A program made the translations under genes and the position numbers. From Candidatus Lokiarchaeum ossiferum (GTDB lineage Archaea > Asgardarchaeota > Lokiarchaeia > Sigyniarchaeales > Promethearchaeaceae), in the NCBI GenBank assembly GCA_025839675.1, contig CP104013.1, positions 4,013,487 through 4,037,486 of the forward strand: a DNA stretch of 24,000 bases, written 5' to 3'. A model generated the notes under the pieces. The model had not been told where the DNA came from, did no database searches, and saw only the letters and a program-made list of their open reading frames with translations. Below, piece after piece: positions 16,171-24,000 of this stretch; position 1 is the stretch's first letter; the number at the start of each line of letters is the position of its first letter.

Positions 16171-16584
16171 ATGATTAAATGTTTGCAGATCTGCGATTCC
16201 TTGGGCTTTCCATTTTTCAACCGCATTTTTGGTAATTTTCCCGAGATGGATGAAACCCTACTGGCAGGGTTAATTTCGGCCATCTCAAGTATTTCCAATC
16301 AAATTTTCCATCAAAAATTAGCGACGATTACCTTCGGGGAAGGGAAGGGCAAATCCAACATTGTTATTGTCCAAAAGGATTTTCTTCAAGAAAAAAAATC
16401 CATCTATTTTGTGTTTTTCATTCAAGGAGAATGTGATATGGTTTTGATAAAGGAAGTCTCGACGGAGATTTTTATTAAATTAAAGAATTCTTTTCGCAAT
16501 CCCACCAATATTTTCAATGAGTTAAAAGAAAAAATAAATTTTATTTTAGATACGCGATTTCACAGTCTTACCGTTTGTTTGTAA
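16171..16584 (+). CDS. Small longin/roadblock-like domain protein (putative)
   Basis: 137 aa: MIKCLQICDSLGFPFFNRIF..PEMDETLLAGLISAISSISNQIF..ATITFGEGKGKSNIVIVQKD..KKSIYFVFFIQGECD..IKEVSTEIFIKLKNSF. The inferred order strand-strand-helix-strand-strand-strand-helix fits a longin-type fold. Assignment is by pattern only. Confidence 0.5.
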   Translation: MIKCLQICDSLGFPFFNRIFGNFPEMDETLLAGLISAISSISNQIFHQKLATITFGEGKGKSNIVIVQKDFLQEKKSIYFVFFIQGECDMVLIKEVSTEIFIKLKNSFRNPTNIFNELKEKINFILDTRFHSLTVCL

Positions 16585-16615
16585 ACTTCTGGGATTCCAA
16601 CTAAATTTTAATTTT

Positions 16616-16623
16616 CCCCCCCC
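16616..16623 (+). repeat. C8 homopolymer between a TATA-like AT block and the methyltransferase start codon
   Basis: ctaaattttaatttt-cccccccc-ttttcattcttattagc-ATG(16641). It is the longest G/C homopolymer I noticed outside the tRNA in this AT-rich window. Confidence 0.9.
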
Positions 16624-16640
16624 TTTTCATTCTTATTAGC

Positions 16641-17678
16641 ATGTCTCAGAAAAATTCTTTACTCTCCTGGAAATCAAAAAATGAATCCTTAAGATTGGCT
16701 CTCCGTCCATCAAATAAGGAATTTATAGTAGATACATCTCGAACCAATCCTAAGACGAATATGAGATTTCAATTTTTTGAGGGAGATAATTTGGACGTGC
16801 TAAAAACCTTACAAAAAAACAATCAATCATCTGTGAATCTTGCTTTCGTTGATCCCCCCTATAATAGCCGGAACGATTTCATAAAAAACGATTCTCCAAC
16901 CAAGACACCTTCCTATTGGAATAGTGGAGTTTCCCATAAGCGATGGTTAGAAATGATGCATCCTCGGTTAGTGTTGGTTCACGAGTTGTTGCAGGAAGAA
17001 AGAGGGTTGCTTATTGCAACTATTGATGAAAAAGAATTTCCCTATTTCAAAATTTTATTGGACAACATTTTTGGGGAGAAAAATTTTGTTGGGACTGTTA
17101 TCTGGAAATCCATGGAAGGGATAAAAAGTAATGCTTCTTTTACCTTCAATCATACCTATTGTCTGATATATGCCAAGAATTTTGATAAATATAAACAATT
17201 TCATTCACAATCCAAATTTGCTCTCTCCAATACGTATCAACTAAATCGCTTTGAATCCGTTTGGACAGATTTATCTTCCAGCGTGCAAGCCAGAACAGAA
17301 TTGTTGGAATCCTTGAATAAGATCATTCCTGAACAGTATTTCCGATTTCTGAATCCAAAACCCCTCGATCTTCTACATCGCATACTTTCTCTATCTGCTC
17401 TGCAAGAAAATGATTTAGTATTAGATCTTTTTGCTGGTAGTGGGTCACTATTTTGTGCACTTACGCAGTATTCTCACTTGATTCGCAAAGAATTTCGGTA
17501 TTTTGGGATCCAATACCCTTTAAAAATATCAGAATTGATCAAAAAGCAAAACCCAGAAATTATTTTTGATCCGAAATTAACAGTTTTTGATTTGCTCGTC
17601 CAACGAGTGACCTATGAACTTGGAAAAAAACATGCTTCAAATCCAAATTTTCCAGCATACATCATTGAAAAGTATTAA
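16641..17678 (+). CDS. Beta-class N6-adenine/N4-cytosine DNA methyltransferase (DPPY type, Mod/N6_N4_Mtase-like), no adjacent nuclease
   Basis: Motif order IV then I. FFEGDNLDVLKTLQ...LAFVDPPYNS (DPPY at 16851-16862), W..MM.PRL.L...LL...G, NIFGEKNF, NPKPLDLLHRIL, then VLDLFAGSGS (FAGSGS at 17430-17447) and RYFGIQ. Confidence 0.85.
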   Translation: MSQKNSLLSWKSKNESLRLALRPSNKEFIVDTSRTNPKTNMRFQFFEGDNLDVLKTLQKNNQSSVNLAFVDPPYNSRNDFIKNDSPTKTPSYWNSGVSHKRWLEMMHPRLVLVHELLQEERGLLIATIDEKEFPYFKILLDNIFGEKNFVGTVIWKSMEGIKSNASFTFNHTYCLIYAKNFDKYKQFHSQSKFALSNTYQLNRFESVWTDLSSSVQARTELLESLNKIIPEQYFRFLNPKPLDLLHRILSLSALQENDLVLDLFAGSGSLFCALTQYSHLIRKEFRYFGIQYPLKISELIKKQNPEIIFDPKLTVFDLLVQRVTYELGKKHASNPNFPAYIIEKY

Positions 17679-17910
17679 TCAGATCAAGGAAAGTAAAAAA
17701 ATATAAGGTTGATTTTATATCATAGAATTTCTACTTATTTGAAGAATTGATCTGAATTCATTTGCCTCATCAAAATTATTGGAGATGGGGATCGGAAATC
17801 GAAACCTTTTTATGAATAATGTTTCTTTATTCATTTAGTATAATATTGTCAAACATATTTATGGAACTCTTCACCAAAATGTACCGAATAAAAAAAATTG
17901 GTAGTGTCTT

Positions 17911-18294
17911 ATGGCTGAAAAATCTAATGAAGCTCCGCTTCTGGTAATAGATGACGACTCATCGATTTTGAGACTGCTTGACAAATTTTTGACTAAGAAA
18001 GGGCATAATGTTGTGGTTGCTTCTAATGCAGAGGATGCTATGGAAATATTGAAGCAAAATCAAAATATTGGTGCCATTTTATCCGATTTAAAAATGCCTG
18101 GGAAAGATGGAGATGAAATGGTAAAAGATATTCGGGGTATGGGATCTGACATTCCCGTGTATATTATGACTGGATTTCCCGAAAATGATAAAATCAATAG
18201 GTTGAATTCTTACGGTGTGACTGAAATTGTTTTAAAACCCCTCGATTTACAATCCCTGGAAGAAAAACTTTATTTTAAAAAAAATAACGATTAA
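17911..18294 (+). CDS. Single-domain response-regulator receiver (CheY-like)
   Basis: LLVIDDDSS (acidic pocket), ILSDLKMPGKDG (phospho-acceptor Asp context), YIMTGF (Thr), VLKPL (Lys). 127 aa with no output domain. Confidence 0.9.
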   Translation: MAEKSNEAPLLVIDDDSSILRLLDKFLTKKGHNVVVASNAEDAMEILKQNQNIGAILSDLKMPGKDGDEMVKDIRGMGSDIPVYIMTGFPENDKINRLNSYGVTEIVLKPLDLQSLEEKLYFKKNND

Positions 18295-18310
18295 ATTTCA
18301 TAGATTTCTT

Positions 18311-18880
18311 TCAAATCCAAACACATGAATTTTCTAATTTCATAATGGTATCTAAATTTCCAGGTTCATAACAATCCATTCGGAGAATGATCATATCACC
18401 ATGAGATATTTTCAGATTCTCGAATATATGTTGAGGTACCAAAGCTTGTCCATACACGTGATCATTTAAAATCTCGTGAATGACCCTTTTTGAGTAAAAA
18501 TGCCCCGCTTCACTTAACCAGTTATTTAATTTTAGGTTTGGCATCAAGTGGAATAAGAATTGCTCTTCAAGACGATCTTTCTCGAGTTGACCCGTACTAT
18601 TCTCGTTCAAAATGTCTGTTGCAATATAATTTATCCACATTTCGTGGCTTGAAGTAATTGTTTGAATTCTAATTTTTCCTTCTAAAGAGAATTCGGGGGC
18701 ATTGTAGGAAGTTTGTGATTCACAGAGATCTTTGCTAATGATCATTCCATCATCATCAAACCCCTCTAACTCATTAACCGTGCAAAATAACCAATTTGGG
18801 GTGATATGATGCTGATACCAGTTAAAATTATTTGGTGTTGATTGAAAGTAAGATGAGCTGTGCATGATCCTCAATTTCAT
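18311..18880 (-). CDS. Hypothetical protein
   Basis: 189-aa ORF with GGAG 11 nt upstream of ATG 18880. No motif recognised. Convergent with the receiver gene (16 nt between stops). Confidence 0.5.
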   Translation of the reverse strand: MKLRIMHSSSYFQSTPNNFNWYQHHITPNWLFCTVNELEGFDDDGMIISKDLCESQTSYNAPEFSLEGKIRIQTITSSHEMWINYIATDILNENSTGQLEKDRLEEQFLFHLMPNLKLNNWLSEAGHFYSKRVIHEILNDHVYGQALVPQHIFENLKISHGDMIILRMDCYEPGNLDTIMKLENSCVWI

Positions 18881-18964
18881 CGAAGAAGATCTCCATTAAA
18901 AGAAGTCATTTTAGAAAGATCCCACTTTTTTCCCACAAAAGTTCCAATTTATTTTACTTCAAGT

Positions 18965-19660
18965 TTAAATAAATATTAGGGAATTAGGAACATTTTCTAA
19001 AATCATCTGTAATACTGCAGAGTAATTTTTAAGTTTATAATGAATAGTATATAATTTAACAATAATAGACTTGACTATCACAGGGGAAAAATCTTCTAAA
19101 GATTTTGAAGAAACCACTAATAATTTCAGATGCGTAAACACTTCGGGATTTATTTCATATTCGTATTTAACTTCTTTCTCATTTAACGGGGGCAAGAAAT
19201 AAACAACATTCTGCAGTACATTCATCCCTACCTGTTGATAGAATTGTATTCGTCGCATTTTTAAGTTTTTCTTTTCTCCATATTCTGGATCTTCAACTTC
19301 TGCGACTAATAACAAATTAGGATCTTGTTCGTTTGAATATTGAACTAAATGCCTCAGAAATGCTGTTCCGATTCCTTTTCCTCGCCATTCCTTTTTCAAA
19401 GCGAAGTAATCTAAAAGTAAAAAGGAAGGATCTTCAAAGATAGCTATTAGAGCAATGGCTATAACTTCATTCTCTTTTCTGCAGTAATAAATTCTTTCTT
19501 TAAGTTTTTCAAATTTTTTTAATATCGTCCTAAAGGGGATAGTTTCACTCGGGGGAAAAGCTTCTAAATAAATTGCTTCAAGTTGGGAAATATAGGGATC
19601 GTCTTCTGTGAGCATTTTCTCAATGACATAATTGCCAGTATTACACTCAAATCCCATCAT
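18965..19660 (-). CDS. GNAT-family N-acetyltransferase with about 70-aa C-terminal extension
   Basis: LLLDYFALKKEWRGKGIGTAFLRHLVQY (motif A R-x-x-G-x-G) and RRIQFYQQVGM. Confidence 0.75.
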   Translation of the reverse strand: MMGFECNTGNYVIEKMLTEDDPYISQLEAIYLEAFPPSETIPFRTILKKFEKLKERIYYCRKENEVIAIALIAIFEDPSFLLLDYFALKKEWRGKGIGTAFLRHLVQYSNEQDPNLLLVAEVEDPEYGEKKNLKMRRIQFYQQVGMNVLQNVVYFLPPLNEKEVKYEYEINPEVFTHLKLLVVSSKSLEDFSPVIVKSIIVKLYTIHYKLKNYSAVLQMILENVPNSLIFI

Positions 19661-19838
19661 GTTGATAATTATTATTATTTTCGATTAACTTTAAAAGGAT
19701 CAGTTTCGAAGATTGATATGATATTTGGAAGATTTTAAAAAATAACTTGAATCCAGTGAGTTATAGGTAATAATTCGGAACCCGTTAATTTACAGACAAC
19801 TACTTTCACCAATTAAATCAAATTCCATATCGAGATAG

Positions 19839-20378
19839 GTGAGCAAAATCGGATTAAAATTAGAAAATTTGGATGAAAAAACTCGTCAGCTAATGGATGA
19901 AGAGTTTAAGTTGGATCAAAAAAATAAAAAATTGTATTTTAGCCCTCGGTTATCTGAAAAGGGGGAGAACATGTATCAAAATCTCTTAGAAAATGCGATT
20001 CTCTATGGAAATGATACGACATTAGCTACGGAATTAAAAACGGAAGATGCCATAAAAGTAAAAGAAAAACGCATGATGGCGATGGGAGGAGTGATATTGG
20101 TCGATGTTCCCAAAAATGCCAACGAAGCCCTTGCTGAAGGGGAATTTAATCGGTACTATATTCGGGCGATGTGTCGAAAAGCAATAGATACTGGAATTAA
20201 AAAACTACAAATTTACAATGCTAATCCTGAGCGAGAAACTCCCGCCGAATATAAACGATTAATCGGAAAGCATTTGGATCCTAAGGAATTACTTAACGAT
20301 CTACGAAATCATAGTTATGTTGATGGGACTTCCGGAATTCCGGTTCCTCAGACTGGATTGACAGTTAAATTTGGTTGA
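19839..20378 (+). CDS. Hypothetical protein
   Basis: 179-aa ORF (…LAEGEFNRYYIRAMCRKAIDTGIKKLQIY…). No family recognised. Start is uncertain: GTG 19839 lies inside an AGGTGA string, and the first in-frame ATG is codon 19. Confidence 0.45.
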   Translation: MSKIGLKLENLDEKTRQLMDEEFKLDQKNKKLYFSPRLSEKGENMYQNLLENAILYGNDTTLATELKTEDAIKVKEKRMMAMGGVILVDVPKNANEALAEGEFNRYYIRAMCRKAIDTGIKKLQIYNANPERETPAEYKRLIGKHLDPKELLNDLRNHSYVDGTSGIPVPQTGLTVKFG

Positions 20379-20476
20379 ACACCGATTTTTTCTTCTTTTA
20401 TATACTAACTCAATTGAAGAAATTCGTAACTTTTCCAAATATTCATTTTCTGCCTTAGATTAAGCTACTTATTAAG

Positions 20477-21364
20477 ATGGATCTTCAGAGCGTATGTTTA
20501 ACTTGTCTTTTAGGACAAGTAGAAAAGGCCTATAAAACGTTACAAATTCCTTATTCCAATAGTGAGATTGTGAATTTACAAAAAAAAATCATGGGGCGCT
20601 TGGCCCGAGTTAATTCGCTGCTCATGCCCTATTATAGTCAGATAGTTTACCAAACAATAGCAGAAAATATTGGGCAAATAGATCCTTACAAAAAATTGAA
20701 GGAGGAGTATAATCATCGGGCATTACAATTAATCCCAATATTGAAAAATGAAATTGCAATCTCAGAAGATCCCTTATTAGCAGCTATTAAAATTGCAATT
20801 ATGGGCAATACAATTGATTTTGGAACCCCCCATACAATCGACATTGAAAAAGATGTTGCTGAATTCTCCCTAAATTCTTTAAAAATCAATCATTACAAGG
20901 ATTTTATTTCAGATTTTCAAAAAGCTGAAAAAATTATGATTATCGGAGATAATACTGGGGAGGTGGTATTTGACTTGATTTTAATTGAATTTCTTCATCT
21001 TAATTATCCCTCCAAGTTCATTACGTTCGCAGTACGGGGAGGTCCCGCGATAAATGATGTGACAATCAATGATATCAAAGATCTAGATCTTCAGAACTAT
21101 TGCACTATTGTAGAAGGTTCCGCCAGCCCTGGTGTTATAATGGAGCAAACTACCACACAATTTCAACAAGCCTTCAAAGAAGCGGACATTATCCTATCCA
21201 AAGGTCAAGGTAATTTTGAATCCTTGGATGGGATTCCATTAAATCGTTCGTCATTGTATTTTCTGTTAAAAGCAAAGTGTAATCTCGTTGCTTCAAAGTT
21301 CAACGTGCCTGTAGGTTCTCTAATTTTCTATCACCGAGAACAAATGCCTTTAAAATGGAATTGA
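20477..21364 (+). CDS. DUF89 / ARMT1-like damage-control phosphatase family protein
   Basis: N-terminal C-x2-C-x3-Q (CLTCLLGQ), GDNTGEVVFDLILIEFL, GGPAINDVTINDI and KGQGNFESL match the DUF89 metal-site blocks as I recall them. Confidence 0.8.
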   Translation: MDLQSVCLTCLLGQVEKAYKTLQIPYSNSEIVNLQKKIMGRLARVNSLLMPYYSQIVYQTIAENIGQIDPYKKLKEEYNHRALQLIPILKNEIAISEDPLLAAIKIAIMGNTIDFGTPHTIDIEKDVAEFSLNSLKINHYKDFISDFQKAEKIMIIGDNTGEVVFDLILIEFLHLNYPSKFITFAVRGGPAINDVTINDIKDLDLQNYCTIVEGSASPGVIMEQTTTQFQQAFKEADIILSKGQGNFESLDGIPLNRSSLYFLLKAKCNLVASKFNVPVGSLIFYHREQMPLKWN

Positions 21365-21398
21365 AGTTGCAGGAAAAAAAACAGAAAAAAAGCACTTC

Positions 21399-23078
21399 TT
21401 ATTCCATTATTATTGCTTCATAGGGACGCAATATTATCTTTTGCTCATTATTCTCCGCTTTTACAATTGTTGTAGAAGCAATGATGTTTTTGGAGGCCGT
21501 TGGATTACTGAACTCCACCAAAGTATCTTCAAAATTCAGAAATATATTCACTTCTTCTTTAACATCACTTGTTTTTATCCATCGGGAGAAGCCCAAGACT
21601 TGTTTTGGAAGTAATTCTGAGGCAATTAGGGTCATTCTTCCGGAGTTTAGTACCGAATATTGCTTTCGAATCTGAAGAAACCGTTTATAACAGTGAAGAA
21701 TCGAATCGGGATTATTATACATGGTTTCAACATTTCGATCTTGATATCCAGAAGACACAGGAAGCCATGGTTTAATGGATGGAGAACAAAATCCTGCATT
21801 CTGAGATGGTGTCCATTGCATTGGGGTTCGACAATTATCACGATGGATGGCTTCACTTGTAATTTTCTGCAACAATTTTTGTATGACTTTGGGTAATTTT
21901 CTAAATCGCGAAACAACTGCATCTAAAGAGTCACTAAGGGGTATACTATTCTGCTGAAGACCAATTTCTTCACCATAGTAAATGTAGGGAACTGCTCTAG
22001 CGGTTAATTGCAAGGCTGCATTTAATTTTGCTATTTCTAAATCGTTGTTGAACCGGGAAATTCGCCTCATAATATCATGATTTGAAGAAACCCATGTTGG
22101 AATGAATGGATCTGGATAATATTGATTAAACTTATTGAGAAGCTTTCGTATTGTTTTAGGTTGCAATTTAACTCCTAAGGTTTCAAAGAGGAAAATGGAA
22201 TTCAATCCTGGATTGTTTACTTCACCACAATATTTTTTTATAGTGGGCATGGGTCCCTCTACTTCTCCGACTAGAAATCGCGATGGGTTGGAGTATTCGT
22301 CTATCAATTTACGCAGTTCCTGAACAAAGATCATGGTATCGGGATGATGCATCGTCATTTTGGTGGATTTAAATAGAACTCCATCCTCCGATGGTAAGAG
22401 ATGTCGAGAAAGTGGATTATTTCGGAACGCTGCATCCTCATAAAGGGAGTCAATGATATCTAATCGAAAGCCATCTGCCCCCTTTTCTAACCAGAATCGC
22501 ACAGTTCCAAACATTTTTGCTTTTACTTCCGGATTTCGATAGTTTAAGTCTGGCTGAAAAGGTAGAAACTGTGCCCAATACCATTGATCGGTATTTTCAT
22601 CATAATACCATCCACTCCCTGTAATTCGCGCTTGCCAATTATTAGGTGGTGCTTTTCCCTTCGGTTTTTTACCATCTTGCCATACATACCAATCCCGTTT
22701 AGGATTGTCGCGACTTGATTTTGATTCCAAAAACCAGGGATGTTTATCACTCGTGTGATTCAAAACCAAATCCATTATTATTTTCATGCCTCGATCATGA
22801 ATTTCTTGAATTAATTTATCACAATTTGCCATAGTCCCGTATTCTGGTGCAATATCTTTATAATTAGCAATATCATATCCAAAATCTTCTTGGGGACTGG
22901 TATAAAAGGGTGAAAACCAAATCGTTTCTACACCTAAATCTTTGACATAATCTAACTTAGAAATGATGCCTTCGAGATCTCCAATGCCATTTCCAGAACT
23001 ATCCATAAATGATCGTGGGTAGATTTGATATACAGTGGTCTTTTTCCACCACAAATCTGTTTCCGGTTGTCGTGTCAT
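21399..23078 (-). CDS. GH13 alpha-glucosidase (oligo-1,6-glucosidase / alpha-glucosidase type)
   Basis: WWKKTTVYQIYPRSFMDSSGNGIGDL. Conserved regions DLVLNHTS (I), GADGFRLDIID (II, nucleophile Asp), GEVEG (III, acid/base Glu), SSNHD (IV). Confidence 0.9.
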   Translation of the reverse strand: MTRQPETDLWWKKTTVYQIYPRSFMDSSGNGIGDLEGIISKLDYVKDLGVETIWFSPFYTSPQEDFGYDIANYKDIAPEYGTMANCDKLIQEIHDRGMKIIMDLVLNHTSDKHPWFLESKSSRDNPKRDWYVWQDGKKPKGKAPPNNWQARITGSGWYYDENTDQWYWAQFLPFQPDLNYRNPEVKAKMFGTVRFWLEKGADGFRLDIIDSLYEDAAFRNNPLSRHLLPSEDGVLFKSTKMTMHHPDTMIFVQELRKLIDEYSNPSRFLVGEVEGPMPTIKKYCGEVNNPGLNSIFLFETLGVKLQPKTIRKLLNKFNQYYPDPFIPTWVSSNHDIMRRISRFNNDLEIAKLNAALQLTARAVPYIYYGEEIGLQQNSIPLSDSLDAVVSRFRKLPKVIQKLLQKITSEAIHRDNCRTPMQWTPSQNAGFCSPSIKPWLPVSSGYQDRNVETMYNNPDSILHCYKRFLQIRKQYSVLNSGRMTLIASELLPKQVLGFSRWIKTSDVKEEVNIFLNFEDTLVEFSNPTASKNIIASTTIVKAENNEQKIILRPYEAIIME

Positions 23079-23124
23079 TATTTCCAGTTCGTTTTTAATC
23101 GTAAAAAATCTATGGAAAATGAAT

Positions 23125-24000
23125 TCACAATGAAAAGAGAAATATACTCAGCCATGTAAGGCTGCCTGGCATCAAGCTATTTAACAAATTGTCTGACACA
23201 TTGCGACTATATAAATCGATGAAGGCAAATGCTATTGAATTAACCAAGGCAAGTCCAAAAATTATGAGAAGGGAAAAGGAAGAAACTGGATATAGAACGA
23301 AAATCAACCAAATGCCTAGAAATGTGGATACAATCCCCGCAATCAACCCTTCATATGTCTTTTTACTATCGATACCTATTTTATCCAAATGATGGGTCCC
23401 AAAATTTTTTCCAATTATAGAAGCAAAAGCATCCGCGATACAGCTGACCCACGCCGCAGAGAGTAAAACTTGAAATGGTACTATGGGATGAATCCAAGTA
23501 AGATTAGCGAGTAATATTGGTGTGGCCGCATTTAATGTCCAACTCTCGCGAGTTGGTTCGAGGGATTTTTCATACCATTTCCATCCCCACTTTGGAAGAA
23601 ACTCCCAATGATCCATCCGTAGCAGATCTCCGATGACCATCATAATCCAAAAAAGGCCTGCTACTATGAAATAAATGAAGTTTCTAAATCCTATGGCAGA
23701 AATTCCGAGGGAAATTATTTCACTTTCAAAATGTTGTGTTATTTCGTGAGTCAGCAACAATCCCGCAAATTGAAAGAAATGCAAAATCTTGCGGCTAAAA
23801 TCTTTCACTCGATCTGCTTTAACGGCATGTTCTTGTTGATCATATTTTTGTCGTAAATTGGTCAGAAAACTTTCATAGGAAATTTCTTGGCGAAAAGAAG
23901 GATTAAGCCATTTTCTAATAACATTTGGAAAAACATTCAAACCTAAAAAAAAGATGATCAATGAGAGGTAAATACCGAAAAGAATGCGGGGAAAAAGCGA
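23125..24000 (-). CDS. CTP-dependent polyprenol (dolichol) kinase / CdsA-family membrane protein, partial (N-terminus beyond right edge)
   Basis: ADAFASIIGKNFGTHHLDKIGIDSKKTYEGLIAG matches the D..A...G..fG.h.......KT.EG block of the CTP_transf_1 family (CdsA, Sec59 dolichol kinase, phytol kinase). Multiple TM segments. The frame stays open upstream of the track's TTG (23961) to the window end (SLFPRILFGIYLS-LIIFFLG), so the gene probably starts outside the window. Confidence 0.6.
   Translation of the reverse strand, partial: SLFPRILFGIYLSLIIFFLGLNVFPNVIRKWLNPSFRQEISYESFLTNLRQKYDQQEHAVKADRVKDFSRKILHFFQFAGLLLTHEITQHFESEIISLGISAIGFRNFIYFIVAGLFWIMMVIGDLLRMDHWEFLPKWGWKWYEKSLEPTRESWTLNAATPILLANLTWIHPIVPFQVLLSAAWVSCIADAFASIIGKNFGTHHLDKIGIDSKKTYEGLIAGIVSTFLGIWLIFVLYPVSSFSLLIIFGLALVNSIAFAFIDLYSRNVSDNLLNSLMPGSLTWLSIFLFSL

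Noticed and set aside
16110-16298. 62-aa minus-strand ORF overlapping the start of the longin-like gene
   Set aside because: It is short, overlaps a better-supported gene and the divergent promoter region, and has no RBS.
17679-17834. 9-bp inverted repeat tcagatcaa (17679-17687) / ttgatctga (17747-17755) and AT-only hairpin ATGAATAA (17812-17819) / TTATTCAT (17827-17834) between the methyltransferase and receiver genes
   Set aside because: My rough estimate is that a 9-bp inverted repeat with a 60-nt loop in a 230-bp AT-rich spacer is not far from chance expectation. The 8-bp hairpin is all A/T and thermodynamically weak. No repeated operator-like copies occur elsewhere.
16171-18294. Restriction-modification system around the methyltransferase
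   Set aside because: The flanking ORFs (137-aa longin-like, 127-aa receiver) show no PD-(D/E)xK, HNH, GIY-YIG or helicase motifs. The methyltransferase is therefore treated as solitary.
21481-22750. Six 62-91-aa ORFs inside or antisense to the GH13 gene, plus 23189..23392 inside the kinase-family gene
   Set aside because: They are frame shadows of genes with clear catalytic motifs.

Overview
AT-rich archaeal chromosomal segment. The archaeal assignment rests on an intron-containing tRNA-Tyr with the archaeal/eukaryal C1-G72 pair, GGTG-type ribosome-binding sites and oligo-T terminators. The gene content is reminiscent of Asgard/Lokiarchaeia-like genomes, but that is inference only. I support 22 protein genes, two of them truncated by the window edges, plus one tRNA. 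The left-edge gene is a 601-codon TPR ORF on the minus strand that the supplied ORF track misses because it has no in-window stop. Recognisable products: SRD5A-like steroid/polyprenol reductase, a ThiI-like THUMP protein with an eroded PP-loop, two GNAT acetyltransferases, and two large TPR proteins. Also a beta-helix/PKD surface protein with a Thr-rich stalk and PGF-CTERM-like anchor, an M24B Xaa-Pro peptidase, and a soluble methyl-accepting chemotaxis protein with a duplicated three-cysteine PAS-like sensor. The rest are a small longin/roadblock-like protein, a beta-class DPPY DNA methyltransferase with no nuclease partner, a single-domain receiver, a DUF89 phosphatase, a GH13 alpha-glucosidase and a dolichol-kinase/CdsA-family membrane protein. 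I see no CRISPR array, transposase, integrase, rRNA or recognisable defence island. The best candidates for something undescribed come first: a longin-like module present three times (standalone and fused to both TPR arrays), sitting divergently from the soluble Cys-PAS MCP and near a lone receiver. Others are the ThiI pseudoenzyme, the Cys-rich PAS duplication itself, and a eukaryote-like dolichol/glycosylation theme. All functional calls are from motif recognition by eye; none was checked against a database.
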